Source: Takakia lepidozioides (taxonomy: Eukaryota; Plantae; Bryophyta). Taken from it: 64,000 bases of DNA. Within the stretch, counting starts at the first letter, position 1, and each line of letters starts with the position of its first letter. The notes under the pieces are model-generated. The model had not been told where the DNA came from, made no database searches, and saw only the letters and a list, made by a program, of their open reading frames with translations. Shown here piece by piece: positions 50,638-63,559 of the stretch. The translations under genes and the position numbers were made by a program. The stretch is from assembly GCA_030704615.1 (NCBI GenBank), contig CM060732.1, positions 20,150,001 to 20,214,000 on the forward strand. Reading direction: 5' to 3'.

Positions 50638-51267
50638 CAAAGTTTCATTTGGATCCTTTTGTTGTACAGTTCTGAAACACTTAATGAAAATATTGACGAC
50701 TTGAAAAATCATTGTGTTCAGACTGCTTGTCCGATTCCCTACATTTCTTCTGCCAACCAAAATGTATAATAAAAGCAGAAGAGACGCAAACTTCAGTGAA
50801 GAACCCTACAAGTAATTTATGCACACCATCGAGCCGGGAACTTGAAGCCATGAAAACCCTGCCGTTTCTAACATTCCTATTGGGAAATTTGGCGCCGAAA
50901 TAGCCCAGTGCGCGCCTTCATTATATGGGCCTCAAAAATTCCACGGATGAATTACTGCACCAAAATATCGCGATGGAAGCCTTCAGCACAAGACACTTCA
51001 ACACATTCCACTTGGGTATTTCGGCGCCGAAATAGCCCGTTCTGCGCCATTAAATACCGCACTATATCACATTTTAAGAGGTAATTTCAGTGCCGAAATA
51101 CCCCGGTGGATGTCTTCTAAACACCATTTTAGCACACTGCTCTTGGGAATAACGGCGCCGAAATACCTCATTCCGCATCCTGGACCTGGAGAAACAGACC
51201 CTATTACCGAGGTAAGAGGACATAACACCGTCAATAAAGGCAGGAAAATTCCAATTCCGCGGATGCC

Positions 51268-51332
51268 CGCTCATGAGCTCATAGGCTCATAGGCTCATGG
51301 GCTCATGCGCTCATGAAATAGTAAACCTCCCC
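51268..51332. repeat. MULE terminal (TIR-like) sequence
   Basis: gctcatgagctcataggctcataggctcatgggctcatgcgctcatgaaatagtaaacctcccc. Confidence 0.7.
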
Positions 51333-51680
51333 TGGAGGATTGGGTGTTCAACAGACAAAGGTGGAGGCCATTGCACGCATTCCACGCCCCATAGATGTAA
51401 TGTTGCGGCCCTTTGCCTTGAGGGCAGGGGGTCGGGACACATGAGGAGCTGCCCCTGTGGTGGGGGCAGCGGCAGCGATAGGTATGGGGGGGCTGAAGCA
51501 CCCTTGAGTGCCCAAGGCACTCAAAGAGGCGGAGGCGCTCACTAGGTGGAGCCCCGCACACCGGGTTGCGGTGGGGGTGGCTCCACAAGGGGTGGTGGTA
51601 GCTTAGCGGGACTTAGTGGGGTGACTTAGCGAGTAACTATGACTTGAAGGGGAGCTTACCGAAGTGAGGTGCGCGACATT

Positions 51681-51692
51681 TGGTATCAGAGC
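51681..51692 (+). promoter_or_regulatory. Primer-binding site complementary to initiator tRNA-Met
   Basis: TGGTATCAGAGC, 2 nt after the LTR-terminal CA. Confidence 0.9.
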
Positions 51693-51733
51693 TTAGAGTC
51701 TAGTACGCGATCGTCCTTGGGATTGGCCTCATC

Positions 51734-54700
51734 ATGGGGTCGGGCAAGCCGAAGCGAAAGCGGAACGGCCCAAAAGATGATGATCCCGGTGAGCCCGATG
51801 GGGGCGGCGTGTCACCGAGGCGGCCGTTTGAGGAAGCGATGAATGTTTCCGAAAACGAGGCCGCCCAAGAGCGAGAGGAATCCGAGGAATCGGAGCCCAA
51901 GGAATCCTTGAGAGCTCCGACAAACCAAGAGATGCCTCCCATGCTGGCAGCCTTTTGGGAAGGGTTGTTGGCGCAGTTTGGCGGGACGTTGAAAGACATG
52001 TTGAAGGCGGCTAATGCCACTTCCGCTAAGGCAAAGTTTAAGGTGAAGCCTAAGGAACCCGGCACCTTCGAGGGCGTCCAAAATCGGAAGGCACTCAACA
52101 CCAGGCTCTTGGAGCTAGAGCAGTACTTCCGGGCGGCCAAGTTGAGTGACGAGGATCGGGTGGAAGTGGCTCCCACCTATTTGAGGGGCTATGCTCAACA
52201 ATGGTGGCAGAAACGCCTTCACAACCGAGGTCCAAGCCCGGAAACCTTGAACTGGAGTGGGTTCAAGGAATTGATGAAGAGACAGTTTGTGCCCCTCAAC
52301 GCGTCCTGGCTTGCCCGGGACAAGATGAGGAATTTGAAGCAAACAGATGACATTCGGGGGTATGTCCAGGCTTTCAATGTGCTGTTGCTCGAAGTCGCGG
52401 ACATGGCAGAACCAGAAATGGTCTTCAACTTTGTGGTGGGACTGGCCCCATGGGCCAGGCGGAAGTTGGAGGAGAAGCCACCCAAGACTTTGAACGAGGC
52501 TATTGAGAGGGCTGAATGTTTCTCAGATGTCCCTAGGGGTGAAAGACAAGGTCGTACGGAGCTGAACCACAAGAAGATTTGGCGGGAAGGTGACTCCTTC
52601 CGACCGGAAAAGAAGTGGGATAGGCCACGCGGCGAAAATGGCACGTGGAAATCGAAGGGAGGGCCTTCACACGTCAAGGCGGCACCCGGAGCTTCGAAAG
52701 GAAAAGCGGGTGGAGCGGCTTAGGGCGGACAGAAGGCGACCTTTGATGGAGTGTGTTTCAATTGCGGGGAGCCCGGGCACATGGCCAAGAAGTGCACGAA
52801 GCCCCGGCAATTGAACATGACTCGGGCGACCACGGAGCTGTCGGAAGATACCATCAGTCGCTTGGTGGAAGCGGTGGTCGCCAGGACTTGCAAGGTAGGA
52901 AAATTTTCTTGTGAGTTGTATCAGGAAACTGGCGCCTTACGAAAAGGGAGTCAGTTATTATTCGTGGATGGGATAATATCCGGAACTAATGTGTCGTTGT
53001 TGGTGGACACAGGAGCGTCGCACTCCTTCATGACACCGGCAACGGCACAAAAGCTGGGACTCCCGACAAGTGACGTGGGGGCCTCTATTGAGGTGCGTTC
53101 TGCCAAAGGAGAACCATAGTTGGCGACAAGGTTGGCGATTGATGTTCCTCTTCAACTGGGGAGTTGGGAGGGACGTGAGAACTTCACCATTTGCGAGATC
53201 GATGGAGTGGATCTCATTTTGGGGATGACCTTTTTGAGCAAATCCGGAGCGGTCATAGATGGCCGCAAGAGAGTAGTCACGCTGCCATGTGGGAATGGTG
53301 GCGAGGTTTTACGAGTGTTTGAAATGCCCAAATCCGTGGGAGGGCGAATAAACCTTCTGTCAGCAAAGAAATGGGTCGTGGAGGAGGCACACGAGCCCCA
53401 GTTTTTGCTTTATATTAGAGAAGTGAAATGAGAAGGCGATGGGGAGCCGAGCCCAGATTGGATCAAGGGGATTTTGGAGAAATACCAGGATGTGATGCCG
53501 GAGGATTTACCAAGCGGCTTGCCACCGCGAAGAGGAGTTGACCACAAGATTGAGGTGATACCGGGATCGGAACCGCCTGCCAAGGCGCCCTACCAGTTGA
53601 GCCACAGAGAGTTGGTCGAGCTGAAGACTCAGCTCAAGGATCTAATGTCAAAGGGGTACATCCGGCCGAGTAAGTCACCTTACGGAGCCCCGGTGCTATT
53701 TGCAAACAAGAAGGATGGGACGCTGCGGATGTGTGTCGATTACAGGGCTCTGAATAAGGTGACTATCAAAAACCGGTACCCTTTGCCAAGGATCGACGAC
53801 CTCTTCGATCGGTTGGCAGGAGCGAAGTATTTCAGCCGGATCGACTTGCGCTCCGGCTATCACCGAATTCGGGTGGCGGAAGGAGATGAGGAGAAGACCG
53901 CGTGCAGGACAAGGTATGGTTCATATGAGTTCTTGGTGATGCCTTTTGGGCTCACCAATGCACCAGCGACATTTAGCACGCTGATGAACAGCCTTTTCCA
54001 GGAGTGGTTGGATGACTTTGTGATCGTGTACATCGACGACATCTTGGTGTACTCGAAAACAAAGGAGGAGCACCTGGAGCACCTCAAAAGGGTGTTCCAA
54101 AAATTGCGGGAAGGGAAGCTGTATGCCAAAGCTTCAAAGTGCGAATTCGGGGTCACAAAAGTGGAGTTCTTGGGGCATGTGATTACACAGGATGGGATCA
54201 AAATGGATGACAGAAAGGTGAGGGCGATCTTGGACTGGGAGCCTCCGACTTCGGTCCCGGGAGTGCGATCCTTCCTAGGACTCGCCTCCTATTACCGGAA
54301 GTATGTGAGAAATTTCGCCAAGATCGCGGGGCCGCTGTCGAACCTTCTGTGTAAATCCAAAGTCTGGGTATGGAACACCTTTTGTGGCCAAGCTTTTGCT
54401 GAATTGAAGTTGCGGATGGCGGAAGCTCCAGTCTTAAAAATCCCGGAGTTCGATCGTCCATTTGAGATTCATACAGATGCGTCGGACTTCGCGATTGGGG
54501 GTGTACTTATGCAAGATGGACGTCCAGTGGCTTACAAAAGTAAGAAACTGAATGAAGTGGAGCGACGGTGGCCGACGCACGAAAAAGAGATGAAGGCGGT
54601 GGTGCATTGCCTTGAGCTTTGGCGCCACTATGTTGGTTCCAACCCAGTGAAGGTGTTCACGGACAATGTCACATTGAAGTATTTTGCCACGCAGCCCAAG

Positions 54701-55530
54701 TTGTCCCCGAAACAACTTAGGTGGCAAGATACTTTGGCGGTGTTCGACGTGGATATCCAGTACAAACCGGGACGGGACAATGTGGTGGCCGATGCTTTAA
54801 GTAGAAAGCAGCAGCTCTTGTTGGTGTACAAGGGCGAGACGGCGCTCCAAAGGAAGATCCGGAAGGCTTGCCGGAAGGATGAGCTGGCAAAGTCCATGAT
54901 GCAGGACTTGAGAATGGGGGTTAAATCGCAGTTCCACTTGCAAAATGGGTTGCTCCGGTATAAGCAAAAGCGTCTCTACGTGCCGAAGGGAGGGATCAGA
55001 GATAGCCTCTTGAGAGAATGCCATGATAGCCCGCTTGCGGGCCACGGCGGAGCCAAGCGCACTGCGGCACTCCTGAAGAAAGAGTATTTCTAGCCCAAAC
55101 TGAGGGAGGAGGCAGAGGAGTATGTCAAGACATACACCACATGCCAACAAAACCGGAGCGAGTACAAAAAGCAAGCGGGGCTATTACAACCCTTGCCGAT
55201 TCCAGAGGGGACTTGGGAAAGCGTCTCGATGGATTTCATGACTGCTATGCCGCTGTCAAAAGGATTCGATGCAATCATGGTGGTGGTGGATAGGTTCAGT
55301 AAAATGGGCCATTTCATCCCCACCAAGGAGACGGCAACGGCGCAGGAGACAGGGCGACTTTACTTCGCCCACGTCTTAAAGCATCATGGAGTCCCGAAGG
55401 ATATTGTCTCGGATCGCGATCCAAAGTTTACGAGTAAATTTTGGAGGACACTTTGGAAGAAGATGGGGACGAGGCTGAAGATGAGCACCGCCTTCCGACC
55501 TACGACGGACGGCCAAACGGAAAGAGTGAA
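51734..55530 (+). pseudogene. Gypsy gag-pol (gag, CCHC knuckle, protease, RT, RNase H, integrase) with premature stops
   Basis: CFNCGEPGHMAKKC; LVDTGAS; [12 protein letters not shown]; YIDD; HTDAS; HDSPLAGH; SMDF...SDRD...GQTE. All in one frame, with stops at 52721, 53117, 53429, 55091. Confidence 0.95.
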
Positions 55531-56598
55531 TTCCGTAGGGTCCCCCGAACCAAACACGCGCCGCACTGCATTGAAATTTGCCTGTGCACTATCAGCCATG
55601 AAGCCCGCAAAATTTGTGTTCTGTATTCCATTACGCTGCATGACGGCCAGGAGCGAATTCCACATGAGCATCTGGGATTCAGTGTCCTCCGACTACATAT
55701 CACAAATTACTATTGAGAGCACACGCTGGTACGCTGGATCATACACATGGCACGCCATGGTTGTCCAACCCTCCACCCGTTTGCAGTGATCAAACATCAA
55801 CCAACATTTAGCCAAATCTCCTCCAGGTTGCTTTCGGCGGACAATGCTCACACCACTGCCTTCGCCCACTGTGGACATCTTGAACAAATACACCTTGGAC
55901 GAGCCCTGGCCAGGGAAGATACTGTTTTGAATGAATTCATAACGACTTCTCCGTTTGAGGTCCATAATGTTGTCCATGAATCCAGCAGTGCCTGTGCCGA
56001 CTCTGAGTGCATTCACCTGGTTGCGAATATTGGGAGAGCTCAACACGGAGAAATGGTCCATCACTGCATCAAGCGAATCTGCATCCAGCATTGGTTGTGT
56101 CGAATCCCCTTCACCCAGTATGTGTTTTTCCAGGAAAGCCTTGCTAGCTGCAAGCGCTATAGCAGAAGGTGTTGCACAAGGGGCATTGTGGAACTCCCGC
56201 TTCAGCAGATTTCAAGCGATGTCCATGCTATCCCTGCAACTTCCTTTGGACACAGGATGCTCGTGTGCACCCATATGAATGCAGGCACGAGTCATTGTCT
56301 TGCATCGGTGTGCCACCTGGTACATACGAGCGTGGCACACAGAAACACAGGACGGGGAAAGTTTACAGAACCTGCACTCAAAAGTATTGGTCTTGGGAGG
56401 GGCAAGTCCTGGGGTGAAAGGATTCAGGGGCACACCTTCCCACTCATTTTCGTTTGGTTGAGCGCTGTTTCTCATCCGAGGGCAAGAAATATTCAGGCAC
56501 TTGCAATGCCCAACGCAAACCGACCTTCGAAATTTCAATCCAATGTCGTTGTGGATGTTCGACGTTTTTGTCCTGCACCAAGGGTGTCCGTCATGTGA
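55531..56598 (-). pseudogene. MULE transposase internal fragment (MULE-2-related subfamily)
   Basis: HDGHPWCRTKTSNI, CVGHCKC, HEHP, SSPNIRNQ, WLMFDHCKRV, GFMADSAQANF. Confidence 0.9.
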
Positions 56599-57431
56599 CA
56601 TGTTTTCCTACGCTGACCGAAAGTTGCGATTCACAACGGAATCCCCGAACTGATAGCCCGTAATTCTCGAAAGGGGATCCACCACAAACAAATTGAGGTC
56701 AACAAGGGTAGCACTAACCCAAAGGCTGCGGGCGATGCATCAAAAGGATGTAGGAATGACATGCACTGAACTTCGCAGACAACCACGCTAAGAGACACCA
56801 ACCAGAAAAATTGTTTTCAAAGACAAGAAGCCAGAAGAAGCCGTGTTGTTTTTGGATGAAAAACAAACCCTGAACATGACATGAAACCATCCATTATGGA
56901 AAGACGGCAACAACCCTGGAGAGCAGTAAACAGGAAGACCCCGAATGTAACGAGGTTGTGCTGTGCCAGAAGAGCACAGCACAAACACTGACACTCCAAG
57001 AGTCACCTCGCACGGATGTGTGCAACACAAGATCATTTCCGACACAACCCTTTATACCAAATGACCCCATGGCGACGATGACGGCAAAATGCAAACCACA
57101 GGGTAGGCAGTACAACACACGTGGATGCATATGTGAAGCATAACATTTATGGCGAATCTGCAAGAACTGCTCGAAATTGAACTAGCATTAGATTTCTACG
57201 GCACTTCCGAATTTGAAAGAATGCAAGAAGGCCGCCATGTATTGGCAGGCGGCGAAGTACATCTGACATATATCACAAGTACATGCAATGGATGTACATA
57301 TTTTCTAGCACTTTATTTCTTGGATAATACAAAGACGCCGAAATGGATGAATTCCGTTCGCACACAATAACAACACCCGCATCCAAATACGGTTGACAAT
57401 GTCCAATTTTGATTTTGGTTACATGCCATAG

Positions 57432-60400
57432 CAACCCTTGTTGCAAACGTCAAACTGGAGAGCTCTAGAGGCATCGTGGGGAGCCCTTGTTTCCAGCGGA
57501 GGAGGAAGAGAAGGAAGTCATTATACTTCACGAGCTCTAGAAACAGGAATAGAGCCAGATATAGAATGAGGATGGAAAGAGTGGACGAAGAGGAAAAGGC
57601 GGAAGAAGAGGGCAAAGAGGAAAGTATGGTGATGGAAGAGCAGAAATCCGGAGAAGAACAGCAGCCTGCCATAGTTCCAAGAACAGGTGAGGAGGACACT
57701 GCATCCGAGGGAGAGACAGACGCCAAAGATGATGTTGATGCTGGCCTCACAAAGAACCTCATAGTGGAAGAGAGGATGGGGGAGATGCTCCAGAACATGC
57801 GATGCGTGGAGAGCAGTCCGAAGCGCAAAGGGTCCCCGACGATTGGGGAGTCTTCTGGAGCAGCCAAAAAAAAGGTACAATCTTTGAAACCCACCTTTGT
57901 GCTTCATTGCTGATGTGAACCCCAATTGAGATTGTATTTCAATATGAACATAGTCTACACACGGCATCTCTGCCAGGTTGCATCAACCGCGAACAAGAAG
58001 CTCAAACAGTGTGCGTTGACGCACACTGTTTGAGCCTTCCATTTTGCTTGCTTGTTGATGTGCGAAATGGCCAAATTGGGGAACTAGGGCAGGTTCAATC
58101 CACCACGAATTGGAAGCTCAAACAGTGTGCGTTGACGCACACTGTTTGAGCCCCCCATTTTACTTGGTTGTTGGTGTGCAAAACGGCCAGATAGGGCCAC
58201 TATGCCCGGTTCAATCCTCCACTATTTGGAAGCTCAAACAGTGTGCGTTGACGCACACTGTTTGAGCCCCCCTTATCATTGTTCTTCTCACAAAAAAATT
58301 ACCCAGCCAGGGTATCTCTTTGAGGTTCAATCATCAATTTCCTGGTAGCTCTAGCAGTGTGCGTCAACGCACACTGTTTGAGCTCACCTTGTCATTGTTT
58401 TTTTCGTTTCAAAATCGGCCACACAGCGCGTGTCTCTGAGGATCAATGAACACTTACCCGGTAGCTCAAACTGTGTGCGTTGGCGCACACGGTTTGAGCC
58501 CACCTTCTCATTGATTTTTCATCTGAAAAACGGCCACAAACGGCATGTATTTGAGGATCAATCATCACTTACTTGGCAGCTCAAACAGTGTGCGTCAACG
58601 CACACTGTTTGAGCTCACCTTGTCATTGCCTTTGTCATCTGAAAATCGGCCACATAGGGTATGTATTTGAGGATCAATCATCACTTACCTGGCAGCTCAA
58701 ACAGTGTGCGTTGGCGCACACTGTTTGAGCCCACCTTCTCATTGTTTTTTTCATATGGAAATCAGCCACAAAGGGCATGTATTTGATGATCAATGAACAC
58801 TTGCCTAGCAGCTCAAACAGTGTGCGTCAACGCGCACTGTTTGAGCCCACCTTGTCACTGTTTTTTTCCTGTGAAATTCGGCAATACAGGGCATGTCTGT
58901 GAGGATCAATGAACTCAAACAGTGTGCGTGTCAACGCACACTGTTTGAGCTCACCTTGTCATTGCCTTTGTCATCTGAAATCGGCCACATAGGGCATGTA
59001 TTTGAGGATCAATCATCACTTACCTGGCAGCTCAAATAGTGTGCGTCAACGCACACTATTTGAGCTCACATTCTCATTATTTTGTCATCTGAAAAAAGGC
59101 CACAAAGGGCATGTATTTGAGGATCAATCATCACTTACCTGGCAGCTCAAACAGTGTGCATCAACGCACACTGTTTGAGCTCACCTTGTCATTGCCTTTC
59201 TCATCTGAAAATCAGCCACATAGGGTATGTATTTGAGGATCAACCATCACTTACCTGGCAGCTCAAACAGTGTGTGTCAACGCACACTGTTTGAGCTCAC
59301 CTTTTCTTTGTTTTTTTCATCTGAAAATCGGCCACTAAGGGCATGTCTTTGAGGTTCAATGAACACTTACCTGGCATGTCTTTGAGGTTCAATGAACACT
59401 TACTTGGCAGCTCAAACAGTGTGCGTCAACGCACACTGTTTGAGCCCACCTTGTCATTGTTTTTTTCTTGTGAAATTCGGCATTATGGGGCATGTCTTTG
59501 AGGTTCAATGCACACTTACCAGGCAGCTCAAACAGTGTGCGTCAGCGCACACTGTTTGAGCCCACCTTGTCATTGTTTTTTTCATTTGAATAGGGCCAAA
59601 TATCATGTTCAAAACACTTGAATTTGGAAGCTGAAACATTGTGCGGCAACGCACGGTGTTTTCGGCCCCCACAATGCTTGTTTTCTGGTGAGAAATTTGG
59701 CCACACAGGGCCTGTATGCCATGCTCAAACACCATCATTTCATGCCTCTCTCTTATATCAATTTGAATGAACAACCCTGCAGGAGAAGATGCAAAGTGTG
59801 GCGGAGGAGATCCCTTCGGGACAGGGGAAGGAGATCATTGTTGATGTTGACAATGAGTTCTATGAAAGCAAAGCCGTTGAGATGTTGGGGGGTCAGAAGG
59901 TAAACTCTCAGCTTGTGGTGCAAAGTATGCTTTCCCCGGGTGGGAGGTTGAAGATTCCCCTGTGTAGGTTGGTTTCCATGCCCGTCATTCGTCCACCCCT
60001 CATCAAGGACATTCTCAAGCTGGAGGCCGAGTTTGTTCATGGGTATTTGGATGGATCCGCCGTCTTTTACGTTTCTACAAAGGATTCCAGAGGCAATGAG
60101 CTCCTTGTGGATGAGTCAATCGTGGACTCCTGGGATCCCATTTGGAGACAGGTGAATGAATCCTTCGAACTTCTTCTCTCCAGGAAACCTTCCACCCGGG
60201 CATTCTCAGGGAAGATGTTTCACGTTTGGGATGGCAACCACTGGTTGCTTGCATGGATGGCTGTCATTGGGAGGCTTCACTCACAGAAGGAAGAGTGGCA
60301 TTACTCTGTTCGATCGATGGTGCTGGATTGTGACGGGAACATGATGGGTCTTCTGACGGCAATGAATGATGTGAACAGGTTGGTTTCTCATTCTACATGT

Positions 60401-63400
60401 TCCACTTGTGGTTCCGTGGTTCTTTGATTCAAGTCCTTGAATTTCATTCTGACTTTCAGATATCATTCTGCAGAGGGACGGAGACATCGCATGTCAAAAC
60501 GAGTCTGGTTCACACACTGTATTGGATACAAAGGATCGGACAGATGCCCTTGACCAACTTCAAGACCATCCTTTCAGCAGAGACGTACAAGAAGTGCGAA
60601 AGCTCCAAGACATCGGAAACGTGGTACTCGTTGACCCGTGAGGCTTTCATGGAGTACATGTACACGGTGAGATACATCTTCCTTCATCTGGCCTTCCCAT
60701 ATTCCTGCTTCCACATGTTTGTTTCTGTTTGTTTCCCTTGACCTTGGTTGATGCAACTCTCGTGCATTCCCTTGCAGCAAGACATTGCAGATGCAGGGGA
60801 GCGTGGCAAACTGGAATACTACAGCTGAACCCCTGAGGAGAGAAGGACAGCAAAGGGGGTTGAGAGTCACATCCGGAAAGAGATGACCGCTACAAGAATG
60901 ACTGTAATGAGTGCTTTTGTGAAGCAGTTGAGAATTGCCGACCCATCATTCGGATCGCAGTTTCTCCTGGAGATAAAAAACCATTATAACAAGCCAGGCA
61001 AGCCAGAGATGGCCCAGGAGAAGTTGCACAGGTTGTCTACCGCCGTTGTGTCTTCAGAACAGAAGGTGAAGTGGCTACAGATATGGAACTCCGATCCCAC
61101 AGTTAGGGATACCCACATGTTCCCCAGGCCGGAGAAAGAGAAGAAGACCCAGCGTGTCATTCCTGTCAGTGACAATGTGCTGGACACATGGCTTCACAAG
61201 GCCACTTACTGGAGCCAGGTGTGATGTCCTTTCCTGTGTCACTTTCTTTTCTCTTTTCCTGTCCTTCTCTTTCCATTGCCTCTTACATTCGCTGTGATTG
61301 TTTTTGGGTTCATTCTTGCATTTGAATTGTTTTGCAGTTGGAAGAAAGGGCCCGGTCGGTTCTGCATACTCAGCTGGCTGACTATGGCATCACTATGACA
61401 ACACCGAAGGTCTCCTTTGAAGCATACATGAGGAAATGGAGAGCCACAGTGTGGCACTCTTGTTTCTTTAAAGAGTTCAGCAAGGAGGAACAAATGACCT
61501 TGACCAGCAAGAAAAAGGAGAGGAAGCCTGGAAACGATGCCTTTACAAGTGCACACCCTTGGCCGTTCAGGCTACTTAGTGTGCTCTGGTTGCAATGTAC
61601 TGTGCCGCATACTGTTTAAGGGGGTCTTCCTGGTGTGATGGAAAAGCTGAGAGACAATAATTGCATTGCATAATGAGGCTGTCTCTGTTCGTGCAGGTAC
61701 ATAAAGTTTGTTCTCATGGAAGAGATTGCTTAGACAAACATCCAGATTTCGTGGACCTTTGGCTTGTCCCTGCTGGCAACCAGACCATGTTTACTACTGG
61801 GATCTTGCATGACTGGGGCCCAGACCATCTTTCTTCTTGTGGTTGGTATTTGGATTGCCCTCCTTCTGAGACCCCAGCTCCGGAGGTGTCTTTGAGGAGA
61901 GAGAATGAGCGTATTGCAGCCATTGCCGCAGCAGCCGACCTCGACATTCATGAACAAAATTTGAGGACTCTTGCAGAGAAGGAGCCTCTCGCTCAGGATA
62001 CCCCGGGTAGAGGAAGAAAGGCAAAGGGAAAAGATGTTGCTGGTGTTGTGGGGAAAGGAAGGGGTAGAGGGAAGGTGGCACAAGGGCAGGGAAGTGTTGC
62101 AGATATTGGCCCAGTGGTGCATGTCCAGCAGACTCCACCGCATGGTAGGGGATCTGTGAGAAAGAACAAGGGGGTGGTTGATCCCAAGGACCCGTACCAG
62201 GCAGTGGAACATCCCATGAGGGTCATTCGCCCTACCAGGTTGGAGATGGCCAACGTCGGGTTCCTTGCCATGATGGAGTCCAAGAAATCTGATTTCAAGG
62301 GCGAGCCATCACCAGTGTGGGAGAGGATTGTGGAGTTCCTCGGCACGGTGCGTGTTCTCTTTTGCTTCTTCTATACTGTGGGCATGGATCGTTTCAATCC
62401 TCTTGAGTATTCCATTGTAATTTTGTTTGCAGGCTAAAATGACCAAATCCTGGGTGAACGGGAAGGAGAAGCCATATGCAGCCGAACTCATCATCTTGGA
62501 CATCCCTGATGGGTTGGCAGTCCCGGATGTCCCTCCATCGGGTGCTTGTCCGGGTTAGAATGCTTTTGATGAGCGCTACTGGCGGTGGGTTTTCTCCTTT
62601 TGCAATTTTTTCCTGTCCGATGCAGGTTTTTTGGTGCTCATCCAGTCCATCGACGTTCGCTGTCGCTGTGCACTTGCCAGCTATTTGAAAGCCTCCGGCA
62701 GGAGAGTCGTGAAGACATGGAATTGTGTGAACAGCATGTACCTTACGAAGGGGGATCGTCCGGGAGAGATGGTAAATTTGTCTTCTTCTTCATCTTCTTG
62801 GTGGTTCTCGGATGGAGTTGTATAGGTTGTTCGAACTCATATGTAGGGGCCTGATTTTTTAAGCTTCTTAGTTCCTTGTGGATGTCCTGTTCGCAGACTC
62901 GTTTGTTTGAAGCCGTTTGTCTCGTCCGAGTGCATCCACCAACGACTCCGGCCGCATTGCGGAGTTCGCCATCACTCATGGGGCAAGTTCATAGACGACA
63001 GGACAGATCCTCCCACGGATGACATGCACCACAACTACGTCGCTTGCGAAGGGGGAATGGGGTTCCTTGGAGAGGGGCGAGGGAGAGGAGCCCGACTTTC
63101 ATTCAAACGATTGTGGAGTGCTGCACCTACACAGACGCCAGAGTTCTGGATTTGTCAATGGGCATAGGTTCGTCTCTTCAACATTCACATTTCATGAGGT
63201 TTGATTGAGCTTGCACTTTCAGCACTTCCCACCGTTCCAAATGTGTCTTCAATGTCTGCTTCCTTCATTCTATTCAACTGCAGGTGCTTCGTACCACGCT
63301 TGCAAGGCCAGTGCGCGACATCTCTTTGGGATTGAAGGGGATGCTGAGATTTACAAGAACCTCCTGATGGGTTTGGGTGGACACACTTCTCAAGTCCTTC

Positions 63401-63470
63401 CGAAGCCCCGTCCCGCTGATATTGATACAGAGGAGACTTCCGACAAGGAGCTGGACTCCGACTTTGCCTG
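57432..63470 (+). pseudogene. Multi-exon ParB/Srx + beta-class amino-MTase-like fusion (copy 3); start uncertain
   Basis: KRRKSLYFTS N-terminal exon; IPLCRLVSMPVIRPPL, WDGNHW (60227-60244); AELIILDIPDG (62499-62513); RSPTFIQTIVECCTYTDARVLDLSMGIG|ASYHACKASARHLFGIEGDAEIY; TAG at 62557. Confidence 0.85.
57997..59665. repeat. Intronic tandem array (~15 x ~116 bp), each unit with the 36-bp palindrome GCTCAAACAGTGTGCGT(CA/TG)ACGCACACTGTTTGAGC
   Basis: Copies near 57999, 58116, 58231, 58348, 58464, 58578, 58695, 58811, 58914, 59030, 59145, 59261, 59410, 59525, 59630. Confidence 0.95.
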
Positions 63471-63559
63471 TGAGTAAGTTCAACCTGTGGATGCTTGCAT
63501 TGTTGTTTCAATTAGAATCAGGGTGACCACCAACAGGGTTCCCATGAAGACCCACAGCA

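Larger units (their letters stand above)
42060..51332. mobile_element. MULE-3: transposase (-), central palindrome array, ParB-MTase cargo (+), terminal GCTCAT repeat
   Basis: Same divergent gene layout as MULE-2, and the terminus matches those at 3410 and 39427. Confidence 0.85.
51333..55530 (+). mobile_element. Ty3/Gypsy retrotransposon (LTR remnant, PBS, gag-pol), truncated within integrase
   Basis: LTR ends CA at 51678, followed by a PBS and a single-frame gag-pol. Confidence 0.93.
55531..63470. mobile_element. MULE-4: transposase fragment (-) head-to-head with ParB-MTase cargo (+)
   Basis: Same layout as MULE-2 and MULE-3; termini not seen. Confidence 0.75.

Noticed and set aside
52721-52723. 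Programmed stop-codon readthrough between gag and pol
   Set aside because: The TAG precedes the gag Zn knuckle and three more stops occur in the same frame, so decay is the simpler explanation.
57997-59665. CRISPR-like array (36-bp palindromic repeat with spacers)
   Set aside because: The spacers are ~80 bp and homologous to each other, no cas genes are present, and the array lies in an intron of a eukaryotic transposon gene.
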